Below are positions 63,258 through 64,000 of a DNA stretch of 64,000 nucleotides, piece after piece (within the stretch, counting starts at the first letter, position 1; every line of letters begins with the position of its first letter). The notes under the pieces are model-generated. The model was not told the origin of the DNA. It saw only the letters and a list, made by a program, of their open reading frames with translations, and did not search any database. Position numbers and translations under genes: made by a program. The stretch covers positions 76,964,145-77,028,144 of the forward strand of contig NC_068991.1 of NCBI RefSeq assembly GCF_001194135.2, given 5' to 3'. Source of the DNA: Octopus bimaculoides (taxonomy: Eukaryota).

Positions 63258-64000
63258 GGGTGTCTGGTCAATTCTTTGACAACAATTTGTCATTTAATTT
63301 GTCCCTAGTCAGTTTGTCATCGGTCAATTTGTCCCCAGGTCAGTTTGTCGTCAGTCAATTCATTGCTGTATTACATATTTAATTTTTCTTAAAATTTAAG
63401 ATTGTGTACAATTGCCTTTAGAAAAATAATTTTTTGGCTTGGATCATATTTTTCCACGACATTTTTTATATGCAGATTCATATCTCTGTATTTTTTTCTT
63501 TTGGCTTGGTTCCTCTTGCATAAATTTCTGCAGTTTGGTACTGGCAAAGCTTTCTTCACATTTAATCACATCAATAAGTTTCCAAATAGTTGGATGACTA
63601 ATATTCACTGTGTTTTTCAGCGTGCTGTGGCAGGCTTCTAAACTATTTGTAGTACAAGCAATCCCTGTCATACATCGATCCCAAACATTCCATATAAGTA
63701 ATAGAAATGGAAGTTCAAGGTGTCGCCGCCTCTGTCCTCATCACGAGATGAAATAGACTTTACTTTAATATTCAAAACTATTATCCTTGCATTTACCTCT
63801 GCAGCAGTTGAAGCGTGATTATGGATCCTAATCTTCTTAAGCTGTTTATAATTTTCATCTCTTTGAAGTCTCACCTTGCACATACAATTTTTGCACCTCC
63901 AGTATATCTTCAATCTATTTGCATTCTGCTTTTTGTGTGGATATAATTTTCTTGATTGATCACTTCGATTTTTTTTTCTTTCTCTAAAGATCATAATCTT
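63258..64000 (-). mobile_element. MULE (Mutator-like) element with FLYWCH finger, catalytic core deleted, truncated by window end
   Basis: IYWRCKNCMCKVRLQ...IHNH (FLYWCH) fused almost directly to WNV.DR...TTNSLEACH...HPTIWKLID (MULE C-terminus). Subterminal GTCA(A/G)TTTGTC tandem repeats at 63266-63365. Confidence 0.8.

Noticed and set aside
1-64000. RNA-guided nuclease (Fanzor/TnpB), viral or prokaryotic defence genes
   Set aside because: There is no RuvC-like or other long complex ORF. The only long complex coding stretch is the RTE reverse transcriptase.

Overview
AT-rich, microsatellite-dense eukaryotic genomic DNA with four long N gaps. The SINE families, RTE and Dong/R4 LINE remnants and repeat style suggest a coleoid cephalopod, probably Octopus (inference, not verified). 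I see no intact, recognisable host protein-coding gene. The window is mostly transposon debris: several tRNA-derived SINE families, an RTE-tailed short element, a 1.9 kb RTE LINE with RT and a PHD-like finger, Tc1, mariner and maT remnants, a Buster-type hAT, a piggyBac-type MITE, a MULE and a MULE-like MITE, a Helitron 3' end and a decayed C2H2 zinc-finger fragment. The most notable signal is a repeated ~130 bp module carrying a minimal type I hammerhead ribozyme. One copy has an intact core (62295-62340) and two decayed copies form a fold-back around a (GTT)n spacer (28.7-29.1 kb). Weaker leads are a candidate promoter with repeated ROR/Rev-erb elements at 11.7-12.4 kb, a phase-compatible chain of candidate minus-strand exons, a 66-bp tandem head array on a SINE-like element, and near-identical inverted SINE pairs. 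Most ORFs in the supplied track are microsatellite translations.
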